The position numbers and the translations under genes were made by a program. Of a stretch of 64,000 nt of DNA, positions 18,729-28,152 are shown piece after piece. The notes under the pieces are model-generated. The model was not told the DNA's origin. It worked only from the letters and a program-made list of their open reading frames with translations, and ran no database searches. How positions within the stretch are numbered: position 1 is the first letter of the stretch; every line of letters starts with the position of its first letter. Where the stretch lies: positions 15,214 to 79,213 of the IMG/VR virus record IMGVR_UViG_3300028394_000066. The stretch is one strand, 5' to 3'. The DNA is from a virus.

Positions 18729-20993
18729 ATGGCGAATTACAATCGTCCTGGAGTTTATATCAATGAACTCCCTCTGACTGCAGCCCCCATTACTGGTACA
18801 GCTGCAGCCAACGCTGCTGGTGCCGTTCTCGCCGCATTCTCGCAAGGTCCCGACACAGTAACACTTGTTACTTCGTGGTACGACTTTGTAAAGACATTCG
18901 GTGGTTACAGCGCCACATACCCCGCAACATTCTCGGTTGGCTCATTCTTTAAGAATGGTGGAACTGAGCTCTATGTTAAGCGGATTCTTCCCACTGCCGC
19001 TAGGAAAGTCGCAAAAGTCAACATTCTCTCAAGCGCGCAAGCCTTCTCGGAACTAACAATTTCCAAAGGTTCAAAAGTTGGAACTACGGCAAAAATTAAG
19101 ACAACTGCGGTCCACGGCCTTGAGCAAGGGGACACGGTTACTGTCACAGGTTTGACCGCTATCACCCAGAAGTCAATTTTATTGGCTGCAAAAACTGGAA
19201 CCACGGCTACCGTTACAACCTCAGCTGTTCACGGCCTTGTGACTGGAGATGTTGTTACAGTTAGCGGACTTACTTCTAGTGGAACTGACTGGACAGTTTT
19301 TAACGCTGCTTCAGTTACCGTTACAGTTACTGCTACTAACAAGTTTACCTATACTGTTGTTTCTAGCGGAACAATTGCTGAAGCTACTCCTACGGGTACA
19401 GGCCTCGTTGTTGGTGCTGGAGTTACTGGCGGAATTGACTGGACTGTTTTCAACAAGGCTGGCGCAGTCGTCACTGTAGTAGACTCAACTACTGAGTTTT
19501 CTTACGAGGTAACTACTCCAGGAACAGTGGCGGAAGCTACTCCCCGCGGTACAGGTAAGGTAAACGGAACTAGTGGAGTTCCCGTTATGACTATTGCTGC
19601 AAAGAACCGTGGACTTGATGGAAACGGAATTCGTGTTGAGTTCTCGGCTTCACGTGCGGTTCGTCAATCTGGATACTACGACATCACGGTTTACCGCGAA
19701 GCTGGCGTCCCCGATACTGTTACTAACGGTGTCGTTGTTGCTAACTCTGGTGATGATACTGTTGTTGAACAGTTTAGCGGAGTAGTTATTGACGACCCAA
19801 ACTCTGGTGACTACATCACAACTGTTCTTGATTTCAACTCTAGCTATATCAGGGTTCTTGAAGGAGCCGTAACAGAATACGATTCAAATGGCGCTGCTAT
19901 TAACCCCGTGGTTACCTACACAATAAATGCGGCTGTAGAGCCTCTTTTGAACACCATCTTCCCTCTTTCTGGTGCACCTTCTCCCGAAACTGCTCTTACG
20001 TATCTTGATTACACGGGCAACTCCGTGTATGACCCTTATGACGTAAGCCCTGGAACATTTGATGTAGATGATTGTGAACTTTTCAAAGAGTTTGAAATCA
20101 TTGAGCAGCCGCTTGTGTTTTTCCTTCCCGATGTAATTTCCAAAATTGCTGGAACTCCTAATACAGAAGTTCTTGGGTGGGACCAAGCACAGTACGTGTA
20201 CAGTGCCCTTATTGAGTGGGTTGAAGCACCTTCCACTGCTGGACGTAACTTTGTTATTGTTGAAACGTCAGGCGGTATTTCAGTCGATGCCGCCTTGAAT
20301 GAGGCGGGCTCGTACCCTGAAAGCAGCCGCGCGGCGGTGTACTACCCTCACGTGTTCATTAAGGACCCGATTGGTCGTTCTGGCGCATCAGTTCGTAAAA
20401 TTGGTCCTTCAGGCGCAGTCGCAGGCCTGTACCTTTACTCCGACCGCCAGAATGGGCCTTTTAAGGCTCCTGCTGGAATTGGAACCAAGGTTGTAGACGC
20501 AATTGCTCTTGAGCGTGCGTTTAGCTCCGCAGACTTAGACAACCTTAACACGGGTGTTGACTCGGGAGGCGATACTGCAGGCAACAATGTCATTAACGCT
20601 ATCCGTAATATTCCTGGTGCAGGAGTAGTCGTTATGGGTGGTCGTACACTGAAACAAGATGGAACGGCAAATCGCTACATCTCAATGCGCCGTTCGTTGA
20701 CGCACATTGAAACCCGCCTCAAGGACATTGCTCAGTTTGCAGTGTTTGAGAACAACACAGAAACTCTGTGGGCTCGTTTAATTACTGTTCTGGGAGTATT
20801 CCTTAACGAATACCGTAACCAGGGCGGCCTTCGAGGCACCACGGTTGACGAGTCGTTCTACATCAAGTGTGATGGCGAAAACAACACCGCTGCTTCGATT
20901 CAAGCTGGGGAGGTCCACATCGAAGTTGGTGTGGCTCTTGAGTACCCTGCTGAGTTCGTTGTAATCAACCTCAGTCAGAAGACTGCAGAATAA
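18729..20993 (+). CDS. Contractile tail sheath protein
   Basis: N-terminal RPGVYINE; AAVYYP, PSGAVAG, KAPAG, GGRTL, RYISMRR, FENN, PAEFVVI. Confidence 0.95.
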   Translation: MANYNRPGVYINELPLTAAPITGTAAANAAGAVLAAFSQGPDTVTLVTSWYDFVKTFGGYSATYPATFSVGSFFKNGGTELYVKRILPTAARKVAKVNILSSAQAFSELTISKGSKVGTTAKIKTTAVHGLEQGDTVTVTGLTAITQKSILLAAKTGTTATVTTSAVHGLVTGDVVTVSGLTSSGTDWTVFNAASVTVTVTATNKFTYTVVSSGTIAEATPTGTGLVVGAGVTGGIDWTVFNKAGAVVTVVDSTTEFSYEVTTPGTVAEATPRGTGKVNGTSGVPVMTIAAKNRGLDGNGIRVEFSASRAVRQSGYYDITVYREAGVPDTVTNGVVVANSGDDTVVEQFSGVVIDDPNSGDYITTVLDFNSSYIRVLEGAVTEYDSNGAAINPVVTYTINAAVEPLLNTIFPLSGAPSPETALTYLDYTGNSVYDPYDVSPGTFDVDDCELFKEFEIIEQPLVFFLPDVISKIAGTPNTEVLGWDQAQYVYSALIEWVEAPSTAGRNFVIVETSGGISVDAALNEAGSYPESSRAAVYYPHVFIKDPIGRSGASVRKIGPSGAVAGLYLYSDRQNGPFKAPAGIGTKVVDAIALERAFSSADLDNLNTGVDSGGDTAGNNVINAIRNIPGAGVVVMGGRTLKQDGTANRYISMRRSLTHIETRLKDIAQFAVFENNTETLWARLITVLGVFLNEYRNQGGLRGTTVDESFYIKCDGENNTAASIQAGEVHIEVGVALEYPAEFVVINLSQKTAE

Positions 20994-21010
20994 CCGAAGG
21001 AGAATAGTAA

Positions 21011-21640
21011 ATGGCTGGCCCAACTATTATCAATAACCGTTCGTCTCTTGAGACGGACCCGATTCGTAACTTTAGATTTTTGGTTACGTTTAAGCCCCTT
21101 ACAGGCGGACAGCCTGGCGGAGGCAACTGGTTGAAGAACACAAAGGTCACAATTGGATTCACCTCGGTTTCGGGTCTGTCGGTTAACACTGACAGCATCC
21201 CCTACCGTGAAGGTGGTTACAACACGACCGTGCACCAGATTCCTGGTCAAACGACGTTCTCTCCAATCACCCTTCAGCGAGGTGTCGTTCTCGGCACCCC
21301 GCAGCACTGGGACTGGATGCGGAAGCTCTTTGCAACGGTTCAGAACGGGAGTACTTCCACTACTGGAGAAAACTTCCGCGCTGACGTTGAGATTGAGGTC
21401 CTCACTCATCCCATTGCTGGTTCGGGTGGAAGCGCAGAGTTGACCGTCGGTAACTACAAAGACCACGTTTCTGCTCGCTTCCAGGTCTACAATGCATGGC
21501 CGACTTCGGTTGCGTACTCAGACCTTAACGCCGCGGACAACGCACTTCTCGTAGAGCAGCTTACGCTGGTTCACGAAGGGTTTGATATGAAGTGGGGAAC
21601 TGACCTCAGTAGTACTGGTTCTGCAGGTAAGTTCCAGTAA
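21011..21640 (+). CDS. Tail tube protein (T4 gp19-like)
   Basis: DPIRNFRF, GFTSVSGL, YREGG, PGQTTFSPITLQRG, NAWP, EQLTLVHEG. Confidence 0.93.
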   Translation: MAGPTIINNRSSLETDPIRNFRFLVTFKPLTGGQPGGGNWLKNTKVTIGFTSVSGLSVNTDSIPYREGGYNTTVHQIPGQTTFSPITLQRGVVLGTPQHWDWMRKLFATVQNGSTSTTGENFRADVEIEVLTHPIAGSGGSAELTVGNYKDHVSARFQVYNAWPTSVAYSDLNAADNALLVEQLTLVHEGFDMKWGTDLSSTGSAGKFQ

Positions 21641-21663
21641 TAAACAAACTATAGGAGAATAAA

Positions 21664-22476
21664 ATGGATAGCGTAAAGAGTGCTACTGCTAACGAAGTCA
21701 ACAATAATCTTATTGAAGAGGCGTTGGGTAGCTCTGAAGTACAAGAAGATACAAAGTTTAAGGTCAAGGCTCCTTCGGATACTTTGGTGACTCTCCCCGC
21801 TGGGTTTATTAACTCAGACGGGGAGGTCATCAATACCGCGGAAGTTCGTGAGCTTAACGGGTATGACGAGGAAGCCATCTCTAAGACGGGAACACCTGGT
21901 AAAGCCCTCACAACCATCATTAATCGTGCAACTGTAAGTATTGGCGAGCTAGATGCGACTGAAGATATTTTGGACAGACTGCTCTCGGGTGACCGCGACA
22001 TGCTTCTTCTGGGAATCTTTAAAGCAACTTTTGGTAACGTTGCAGAGATTCCTGGCTTTTGCGGTACTTGTAATGACTTTAAAACTGCTGAGGTAGACCT
22101 CAACAAAGATGTAAAAGTAAAGGCGCTCCTTGACCCTGTTGAAGACCGAACCTTTACTGTTAATGGTAAGACTAGAGACTACCTTGTTACACTGCCTAAT
22201 GGTAGAGCGCAACGAGAAATCTCTTCTGGCGAAGATAAAACGGGACCCGAACTAACAACTATTTTGCTAAATAATACGGTCTTGGAAATTGGGGGACAGC
22301 CTGTGCTTGGAAAAACTCAACTGCAGGGGCTTTCTGTGCCTGACAGGCGAGCTATCTCAGAGGCTATTTCCGACCGTCTCCCTGGACCGCAGTTTGACGA
22401 TATGGTGCTTGACTGCCCAGATTGTAATGGAGAGGTTGTGGTTCCGTTTAGTCTCGGAGCTTTGTTTCGATTCTAG
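21664..22476 (+). CDS. Tail assembly chaperone / T4 gp26-like hub assembly protein
   Basis: EVRELNGYDEE, LLSGDRDMLL, two CxxC motifs; between tube and tape measure. Confidence 0.75.
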   Translation: MDSVKSATANEVNNNLIEEALGSSEVQEDTKFKVKAPSDTLVTLPAGFINSDGEVINTAEVRELNGYDEEAISKTGTPGKALTTIINRATVSIGELDATEDILDRLLSGDRDMLLLGIFKATFGNVAEIPGFCGTCNDFKTAEVDLNKDVKVKALLDPVEDRTFTVNGKTRDYLVTLPNGRAQREISSGEDKTGPELTTILLNNTVLEIGGQPVLGKTQLQGLSVPDRRAISEAISDRLPGPQFDDMVLDCPDCNGEVVVPFSLGALFRF

Positions 22477-22630
22477 AGGAAACCGCTACTCTGGTTTTTT
22501 TACAGAAGTGCTTGAATTAACCACCGCCTACCCAGGCTGGACTCTAACTGAGATAAAAGAGCTTTCCGTAAGGGAACGCAAAAATTGGCTAGAAGCTGCT
22601 GTAGCTTCTAAAAAGTTAGTTAGGAATTAG
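22466..22630 (+). CDS. Chaperone C-terminal extension, probably via +1 frameshift
   Basis: YPGWTLTEIKELSVRERKNWLE in the +1 frame with no ATG; TTT CGA at 22465-22470. Confidence 0.6.
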   Translation, partial: FDSRGNRYSGFFTEVLELTTAYPGWTLTEIKELSVRERKNWLEAAVASKKLVRN

Positions 22631-22633
22631 TAG

Positions 22634-25030
22634 ATGCCCGAAATTGACGGCTTTGATAGTTTAGTTACTAAGCTAAACCAGGCTAAGACCTCGTCAAAAG
22701 AGCTCGAAAAGACCTGGGAAAAGATTAACACCCACGCCAAGGATGCCGTAAAGAATCTTGGCAAGATGGGGGTGGGCTCTGGGGGAGGAGCTTTTGGTGG
22801 TAGCGGCAGTGGCGGTACGGGCGGAGGCATGCCCAGCCAAGGGGACATGGATTCAAAGAGCCTTAAAAATGCTAAGGCTCCGAAGACAGACATCACCAGT
22901 GGTGCAAACTTTTCAATTGGTGACGTTGCCACATATATGGGTGAGATGTCGGGGGCGTTTAACACGTTCCTTCCTGACGTAAAGTCAACCATGAATCGCG
23001 CCACTGGCTACTACAATGCTGGTGTATACGGTGGAAGTTCGATGTCTCGAACAAAACTCCAAAAGGCTACTTTTGGAACCCTTAGCCAAATGCAGGGCCT
23101 TTCTTCTAAGGGCTCTGATGCTAACGTGGCACAGTTCCTTGGCCAAAGAGGCATGACTGCAAGTTCGGGAGTTAATAGCACTTATCAGCAAACTTTGCGA
23201 ACGGTTGGTAACGCCGCTCGTTATATGAACATTTCCAACGAAGACGCAGCAGCTTCTGTTGAGGGGTTAACTAACGCCAGCGGTGCCGCTAGCATGCTTA
23301 AAAACTTTGGTATTTACACTGCTGATTTAGGCACAGGTAAAGAAAAGACTCAGGGACAAATCTTTGAGGAACTTGCCCAAAGGCTTACGGCTGGGCGAGG
23401 ACAAGCTAACGTAGAGCAAACTCAATCGTCTATTCGACGCGGAGCTCTTGGTGTTACTATTGACTCGTTCTTCAAGGGTGACCAACAGGGCGGCCAAATG
23501 TTCAAGCAGTACATGATTGAACGTGCCCGTGGAAAGAACATGGACTTTTCTGCTACTGGTGATACTGCTAGTAAAATTGGAATTAGTTCTAATATTAATC
23601 CTCTAAATGCGCAGATGGCTTTGGCTGCTTCAGATACTGGGGCAATGCAGGCTTCTGAAGAACAGTTTATAAAAGGAATTAACTCCGCAACAGGTGCGCT
23701 TATGATTCTTAACCAGGCAGCTGGTTTCTTAGGAAGCACTATTGGTTCCGTTGCATCCCTTATGCAAACCCTTTTGGGAGCGGGTACTGTTCAAGGAGCA
23801 CTTCAGGGAGCAACAAGTACTGTAGGTATGGTTGGAAAAGCTGCTGCGGACGCTACAAGCAAATTTGCTCAGTCTAATCCTATTGCTGCGGGTGTAGCTG
23901 GTGTTGCAATTGCCGCGGCTGGGGCGGGTGCACTTGCTCTCGGAATGAACGCTTTTGGTGGAAAAATTCCTGGAGCGCCTACTTCTACTGGTGGTACTGG
24001 TGGTACTGGTGGTGGGGGTGGTACTGGAGGCGGGTCTTCTTACTACGGTTCTCCTACAAGCACAGACTACACTTACGGCAGTACCAACACTGGAGCAACT
24101 AGCGGAAGGCCTGGAGCTCCTGGAGCCCCAGGAGCGGGGGTTACTGGTTCTGGAAATGCGGGCCGTCCAGGCAAACTTTTTGATATTAGCATTGTTGCTC
24201 AAGGGCACAATGTAACTGCCGCATTTGGTAGTAACGCAGGTGTTCACTCTGGACGGGGCCATAGAGGAACGGACTACGCGTACGCCGAGGGGACACCCGT
24301 TAAAGCTATTGCTGACGGAAAAGTAATTGTTGTTAGGAGTGGGGCAAAAAATACGTACGATGAAGGGCCTCGAAGCCTAGGTAACTACGTGGGAGTACTA
24401 AGCACGTCTTCAAAGGGCGTTCAGTACACGGTATTTTATGGACACTTGTCTAAACCTAAAGTGGCCCTTAATTCATCTGTTGTGCGGGGTCAGACAATTG
24501 GTCTATCGGGAAACACAGGGTTTTCTACGGGCCCTCACCTTCACCTTGAAGTTGTTAAAGGAAAAGTAACAGTTCCTGGTACTGGTACTGCAATTAGCCT
24601 TAGTGGTGCTGCAAAAGTTACTGGAACCACCTCGCTTTCCAATGGCTCAACCACCACTGTTCCTGCTAATCAATCGGGTCAAAAAGACGTTAACGCACTT
24701 TTAGGTTCTGCGGGCAATAGCTCGGCACTTCTCAGTGGTTTTTACTCTGGAGATAAGAGCGCTATTTTGGCTTCTGTTGGGGCAATGGCAAGCTCTGTGG
24801 GAATTAACAATTTTCAAAAACAATTAAACGACGCTAATGGCTCTTACTTATCTGGACCTGGAACTCCTGGGGGAAACCCATCCAATCCTGGCGGTGGAGG
24901 AGGGGGAGGAAATGTGAACATTACTGTTCAAGTTCCAGATGTGACCGCTGCGGATGCTGTAAAATTTGCTCAGCTGGTAAAGCAGTACTTAGACAATGAC
25001 TCACTGATTTCTAACACAGGAAGTTTCTAA
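22634..25030 (+). CDS. Tape measure protein with M23 peptidase domain
   Basis: A/G-rich helical body; HRGTD...YGHLS...GFSTGPHLHLEV. Confidence 0.85.
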   Translation: MPEIDGFDSLVTKLNQAKTSSKELEKTWEKINTHAKDAVKNLGKMGVGSGGGAFGGSGSGGTGGGMPSQGDMDSKSLKNAKAPKTDITSGANFSIGDVATYMGEMSGAFNTFLPDVKSTMNRATGYYNAGVYGGSSMSRTKLQKATFGTLSQMQGLSSKGSDANVAQFLGQRGMTASSGVNSTYQQTLRTVGNAARYMNISNEDAAASVEGLTNASGAASMLKNFGIYTADLGTGKEKTQGQIFEELAQRLTAGRGQANVEQTQSSIRRGALGVTIDSFFKGDQQGGQMFKQYMIERARGKNMDFSATGDTASKIGISSNINPLNAQMALAASDTGAMQASEEQFIKGINSATGALMILNQAAGFLGSTIGSVASLMQTLLGAGTVQGALQGATSTVGMVGKAAADATSKFAQSNPIAAGVAGVAIAAAGAGALALGMNAFGGKIPGAPTSTGGTGGTGGGGGTGGGSSYYGSPTSTDYTYGSTNTGATSGRPGAPGAPGAGVTGSGNAGRPGKLFDISIVAQGHNVTAAFGSNAGVHSGRGHRGTDYAYAEGTPVKAIADGKVIVVRSGAKNTYDEGPRSLGNYVGVLSTSSKGVQYTVFYGHLSKPKVALNSSVVRGQTIGLSGNTGFSTGPHLHLEVVKGKVTVPGTGTAISLSGAAKVTGTTSLSNGSTTTVPANQSGQKDVNALLGSAGNSSALLSGFYSGDKSAILASVGAMASSVGINNFQKQLNDANGSYLSGPGTPGGNPSNPGGGGGGGNVNITVQVPDVTAADAVKFAQLVKQYLDNDSLISNTGSF

Positions 25031-26175
25031 TGGCTCTTAGAAGAAAAATTAAATCGGCTAGAGAAAAAGCTCGAGCAAATAGGCTTTTGTTTGAAGAGGC
25101 CCAGGTAAATCTTCAAAAAATTGATACTAATTCTTTTGATGAAAAAATTGTGGCATTAAGCGTGGAGCTTGCTGCTCTTGACGCGCTTATTTCTAGTAGG
25201 CAAAAAGTTTACGACACTAGCAGTACTAAAGCTAATAAAAAACTTTTAAATGAGGTAATTGCGCTAAGAGCCCCTATTGTAGAAGAACTTGTTAAAGCTC
25301 AAAAACAAAGTGTAGATTCTAAAAAAACTAATGAATCAACTTCGTCTAATGAAGCAACTGATGGTGTTGAAGAGATTGGTACTGGAGTTGTTGCTTCAAA
25401 CCAAAGAACAACTGCCCTGGAGTACAACGCCAGTGGAGTTAAGGAGCTTCTTTTTAGTGAGAGAACTGCTTTTTCAAAAAGGCTTATGTCATCTCCAAAT
25501 GAGCCTCGTCAAATTCGTGCTGCAAATGATTTGTGGAAAACTGCCCAAGCCAGTAAAGGGATGATTGTAACTTCAGAACAAGTTTTAAAATCGTGGAATA
25601 CTGGTTCAACTAAAATTCCTGGTGGAGTAAAGAACTACGGCTTTCAATTTCAATACAATCCTGGAACTGTTGGAATGTCGTATTTTACGTCCCCCAATGT
25701 TGACGTTACCCTCATGACTTCTGGTCAGGAAATGTTTAACCTGGCGGGAACTTCTGGGTCTCAAGGCGCTGTTAGTTTTCAAATTATTATAAATAGAATT
25801 TTTGACATGCAGTACTACACTCGTAAGGGATTTATTGATAAAAAGTACAATCCCAGAAAGCTTTACTCAAAACCTCCTGCAGGCCCAACAGAAGAACAGC
25901 TCATTTACAACAAGGGCACTATGTACGACGTAGAGTACTTTTTGAGGACTCTCATGGGAACAACCATGAAAAGCTACCTTCGTGGAGAGGATACGGCAGA
26001 TATGGGCTGGTTGCCAGCAATCCCAGTAGAGCTTCACCTTGGTAACAAACTTCGATATCTTGGAACAATTAATACCATACAGTTAAACCACATTATATTT
26101 AACGAACGAATGGTTCCGCTGTTTACTACAGTAGATGTTCAGTTCACTCGCCTTCCCGACTATCCCTCAAAGTAG
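25030..26175 (+). CDS. Baseplate / tube-initiator-like protein
   Basis: FQFQYNPGTV, FNERMVP; position after tape measure. Confidence 0.55.
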   Translation: MALRRKIKSAREKARANRLLFEEAQVNLQKIDTNSFDEKIVALSVELAALDALISSRQKVYDTSSTKANKKLLNEVIALRAPIVEELVKAQKQSVDSKKTNESTSSNEATDGVEEIGTGVVASNQRTTALEYNASGVKELLFSERTAFSKRLMSSPNEPRQIRAANDLWKTAQASKGMIVTSEQVLKSWNTGSTKIPGGVKNYGFQFQYNPGTVGMSYFTSPNVDVTLMTSGQEMFNLAGTSGSQGAVSFQIIINRIFDMQYYTRKGFIDKKYNPRKLYSKPPAGPTEEQLIYNKGTMYDVEYFLRTLMGTTMKSYLRGEDTADMGWLPAIPVELHLGNKLRYLGTINTIQLNHIIFNERMVPLFTTVDVQFTRLPDYPSK

Positions 26176-26182
26176 GAAAAAA

Positions 26183-26458
26183 ATGATTTTTGCAGACAGT
26201 AGATACTCAAACGGTAACGTTACTAAAGTTCAAGACCCAAGAACGGAAACGTACCGACTTGCGGTGTACCGTAAATTCCCAGCTTCAAAGGCGACGTTTT
26301 ATTATTACACTTGGGTAGAGAATGACAGAATTGACAAAGTAGCTACGGACCTTTTGGGCAGCCCTACATTTTGGTGGAAGATTATGGATTTTAATCCAGA
26401 GTACACCAACCCGTTTAGTATTCCTGTAGGAGCCGACATTAGGATTCCAAGTGTCTAA
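26183..26458 (+). CDS. LysM-like / P2 gpX-like baseplate protein
   Basis: ENDRIDKVATDLLGSPTFWWKIMDFNP...GADIRIP. Confidence 0.8.
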   Translation: MIFADSRYSNGNVTKVQDPRTETYRLAVYRKFPASKATFYYYTWVENDRIDKVATDLLGSPTFWWKIMDFNPEYTNPFSIPVGADIRIPSV

Positions 26459-27749
26459 CCTTGTAACAAATAAATACAGGAGAGGAACATCTACCTCAAC
26501 ATCCTTTCCCACTTTACCGTCTCTTACGGTTCAACCAAGGCGCGTTGACCTTATTCAAAAAATGTACAATCATGACATTTTACTGCTAGAGTTTCCTGCC
26601 GAGAGCACACTGTGGTTTGAAACTCTTAAAACAGGTGTTCCTGTTCAGTTTAGCTTTAGGCAAGATACTTTAAGTAAAAACTGGATTGGCTATGTTTCTT
26701 CGGTCTCTAAAGTTAACGCTCCTCAAAGAACCAATATTATGCAGATTATGTGTGTTGGAACTTCTTTTGTTTTGAAAGAGCGCGCCACAAGAATTTTTAA
26801 AAACCACACAATTCCTGAAGTTATTCAAATTATTGCTGAAGAATTTGGTTTTAATGTAATTCTTGATAACCACCCGCAAAAGTTTTCTCAGTTAAATATG
26901 ACGGCAGTATCCTACTGGGAGTGGATGGTTGAGCAAGCAAAAAGAATTGGTTATGGGCTTGTCATTGACGGTATGGACTTTTATTTTAAACCGTTAGATA
27001 AACTAATTGATTTAGGGTTCTCTAATGCAGCAGTTTTATCTTTAGGAAATGCTGGGCCTTCGTTTAATACTCAACTATTGGACAGAACTTTGGATGAGTT
27101 TAAGGTTATCTATGGAGATAGCGTAGAAGATACCACTAATTTTAGGGCAACCAAGAATGTTGGAGGTGTGAGTCCCTTCAGCAAGGAAGTGCTGCTGTCA
27201 AATTCAACACCCACCGATACTGGAACTCCTCTTCGAACTGACGTTAGTCCCACCCTTTTTCAAGAGTATAGAACTGACCGAGTTGTTAACAGCAAAAGTG
27301 ACGCCGATGAAGCCGCTAAAGGAGCAGCACAATTAGCTAGATTTAGTATTCCTGCTACAGCCAAAGCTCAAGGTGACCCACGAATTCACCCTTTTGGCAG
27401 TGTTTATATTGCTGGAACAGGGGCCATAACAGACGGTTTTTGGGTAGTTCGCGAGTCCCACCATATGTTTCACAAAATTGGGGAGTACCAACTGCAATTA
27501 AAAGTTGCTACTGACGGTATTGGGGACGCTGTTGTTTCTACCCCATTTAGAACTAGAAAAGATTTAACTGCGGTTATCCCAACAGGGGGTACCCTTGGCA
27601 CGATAAACTTAAATGAAGCACTTGCTAATGGAACAGGGCTGTTTAACTTTGAGTTGAGTTCCGTTAAAAGAGTAAACAGCGATAGCGTAAGTTTTGAAAG
27701 TAATCAAGGGTTTACAAGAACCCCAACTGTTTGGAGAAAGGCTGGTTAA
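26451..27749 (+). CDS. Baseplate hub (gpD / gp27-like)
   Basis: IAEEFGF, SYWEWMVEQAKRIGY, GDPRI, GFWVVRESHH. Confidence 0.78.
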   Translation: MSNLVTNKYRRGTSTSTSFPTLPSLTVQPRRVDLIQKMYNHDILLLEFPAESTLWFETLKTGVPVQFSFRQDTLSKNWIGYVSSVSKVNAPQRTNIMQIMCVGTSFVLKERATRIFKNHTIPEVIQIIAEEFGFNVILDNHPQKFSQLNMTAVSYWEWMVEQAKRIGYGLVIDGMDFYFKPLDKLIDLGFSNAAVLSLGNAGPSFNTQLLDRTLDEFKVIYGDSVEDTTNFRATKNVGGVSPFSKEVLLSNSTPTDTGTPLRTDVSPTLFQEYRTDRVVNSKSDADEAAKGAAQLARFSIPATAKAQGDPRIHPFGSVYIAGTGAITDGFWVVRESHHMFHKIGEYQLQLKVATDGIGDAVVSTPFRTRKDLTAVIPTGGTLGTINLNEALANGTGLFNFELSSVKRVNSDSVSFESNQGFTRTPTVWRKAG

Positions 27750-27750
27750 T

Positions 27751-28152
27751 ATGTCCGAGATTTCATTAGCTCTTCCGTTTAGCCTCGACTCCTCAGGTAA
27801 TATCCGAGTTACTTCTGACCAGGCTACAATTTGGTCCAATAGAGTTAGAAGTGCTGTTGGAACTGCTCTTGGAGAAAGAGTTATGCGCCCAAATTACGGA
27901 ACGGAAGTTCCTAGACTGTTATTTGATACAGTTAGTGCAATGGAGGAAGGAATTTCCCTGGAAGTTGGAAAAGTATTTTCAGCGTCACTTCCCCTCTTAA
28001 CTTTAAATTCTGTTGTTTCTTTACACAACGAATTTACGAATACACTTACGGCAGAAATTAACTATTCCCTGCCAAATAAGAAAGATGCGACTACTGTTGT
28101 AGGTAATATTACAGTTTCACTTACCAACCCGCCATACGAGGAGCTTACATGA
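27751..28152 (+). CDS. Baseplate wedge protein (gp25/gpW-like)
   Basis: TALGERVMRPNYGT..LLF. Confidence 0.88.
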   Translation: MSEISLALPFSLDSSGNIRVTSDQATIWSNRVRSAVGTALGERVMRPNYGTEVPRLLFDTVSAMEEGISLEVGKVFSASLPLLTLNSVVSLHNEFTNTLTAEINYSLPNKKDATTVVGNITVSLTNPPYEELT

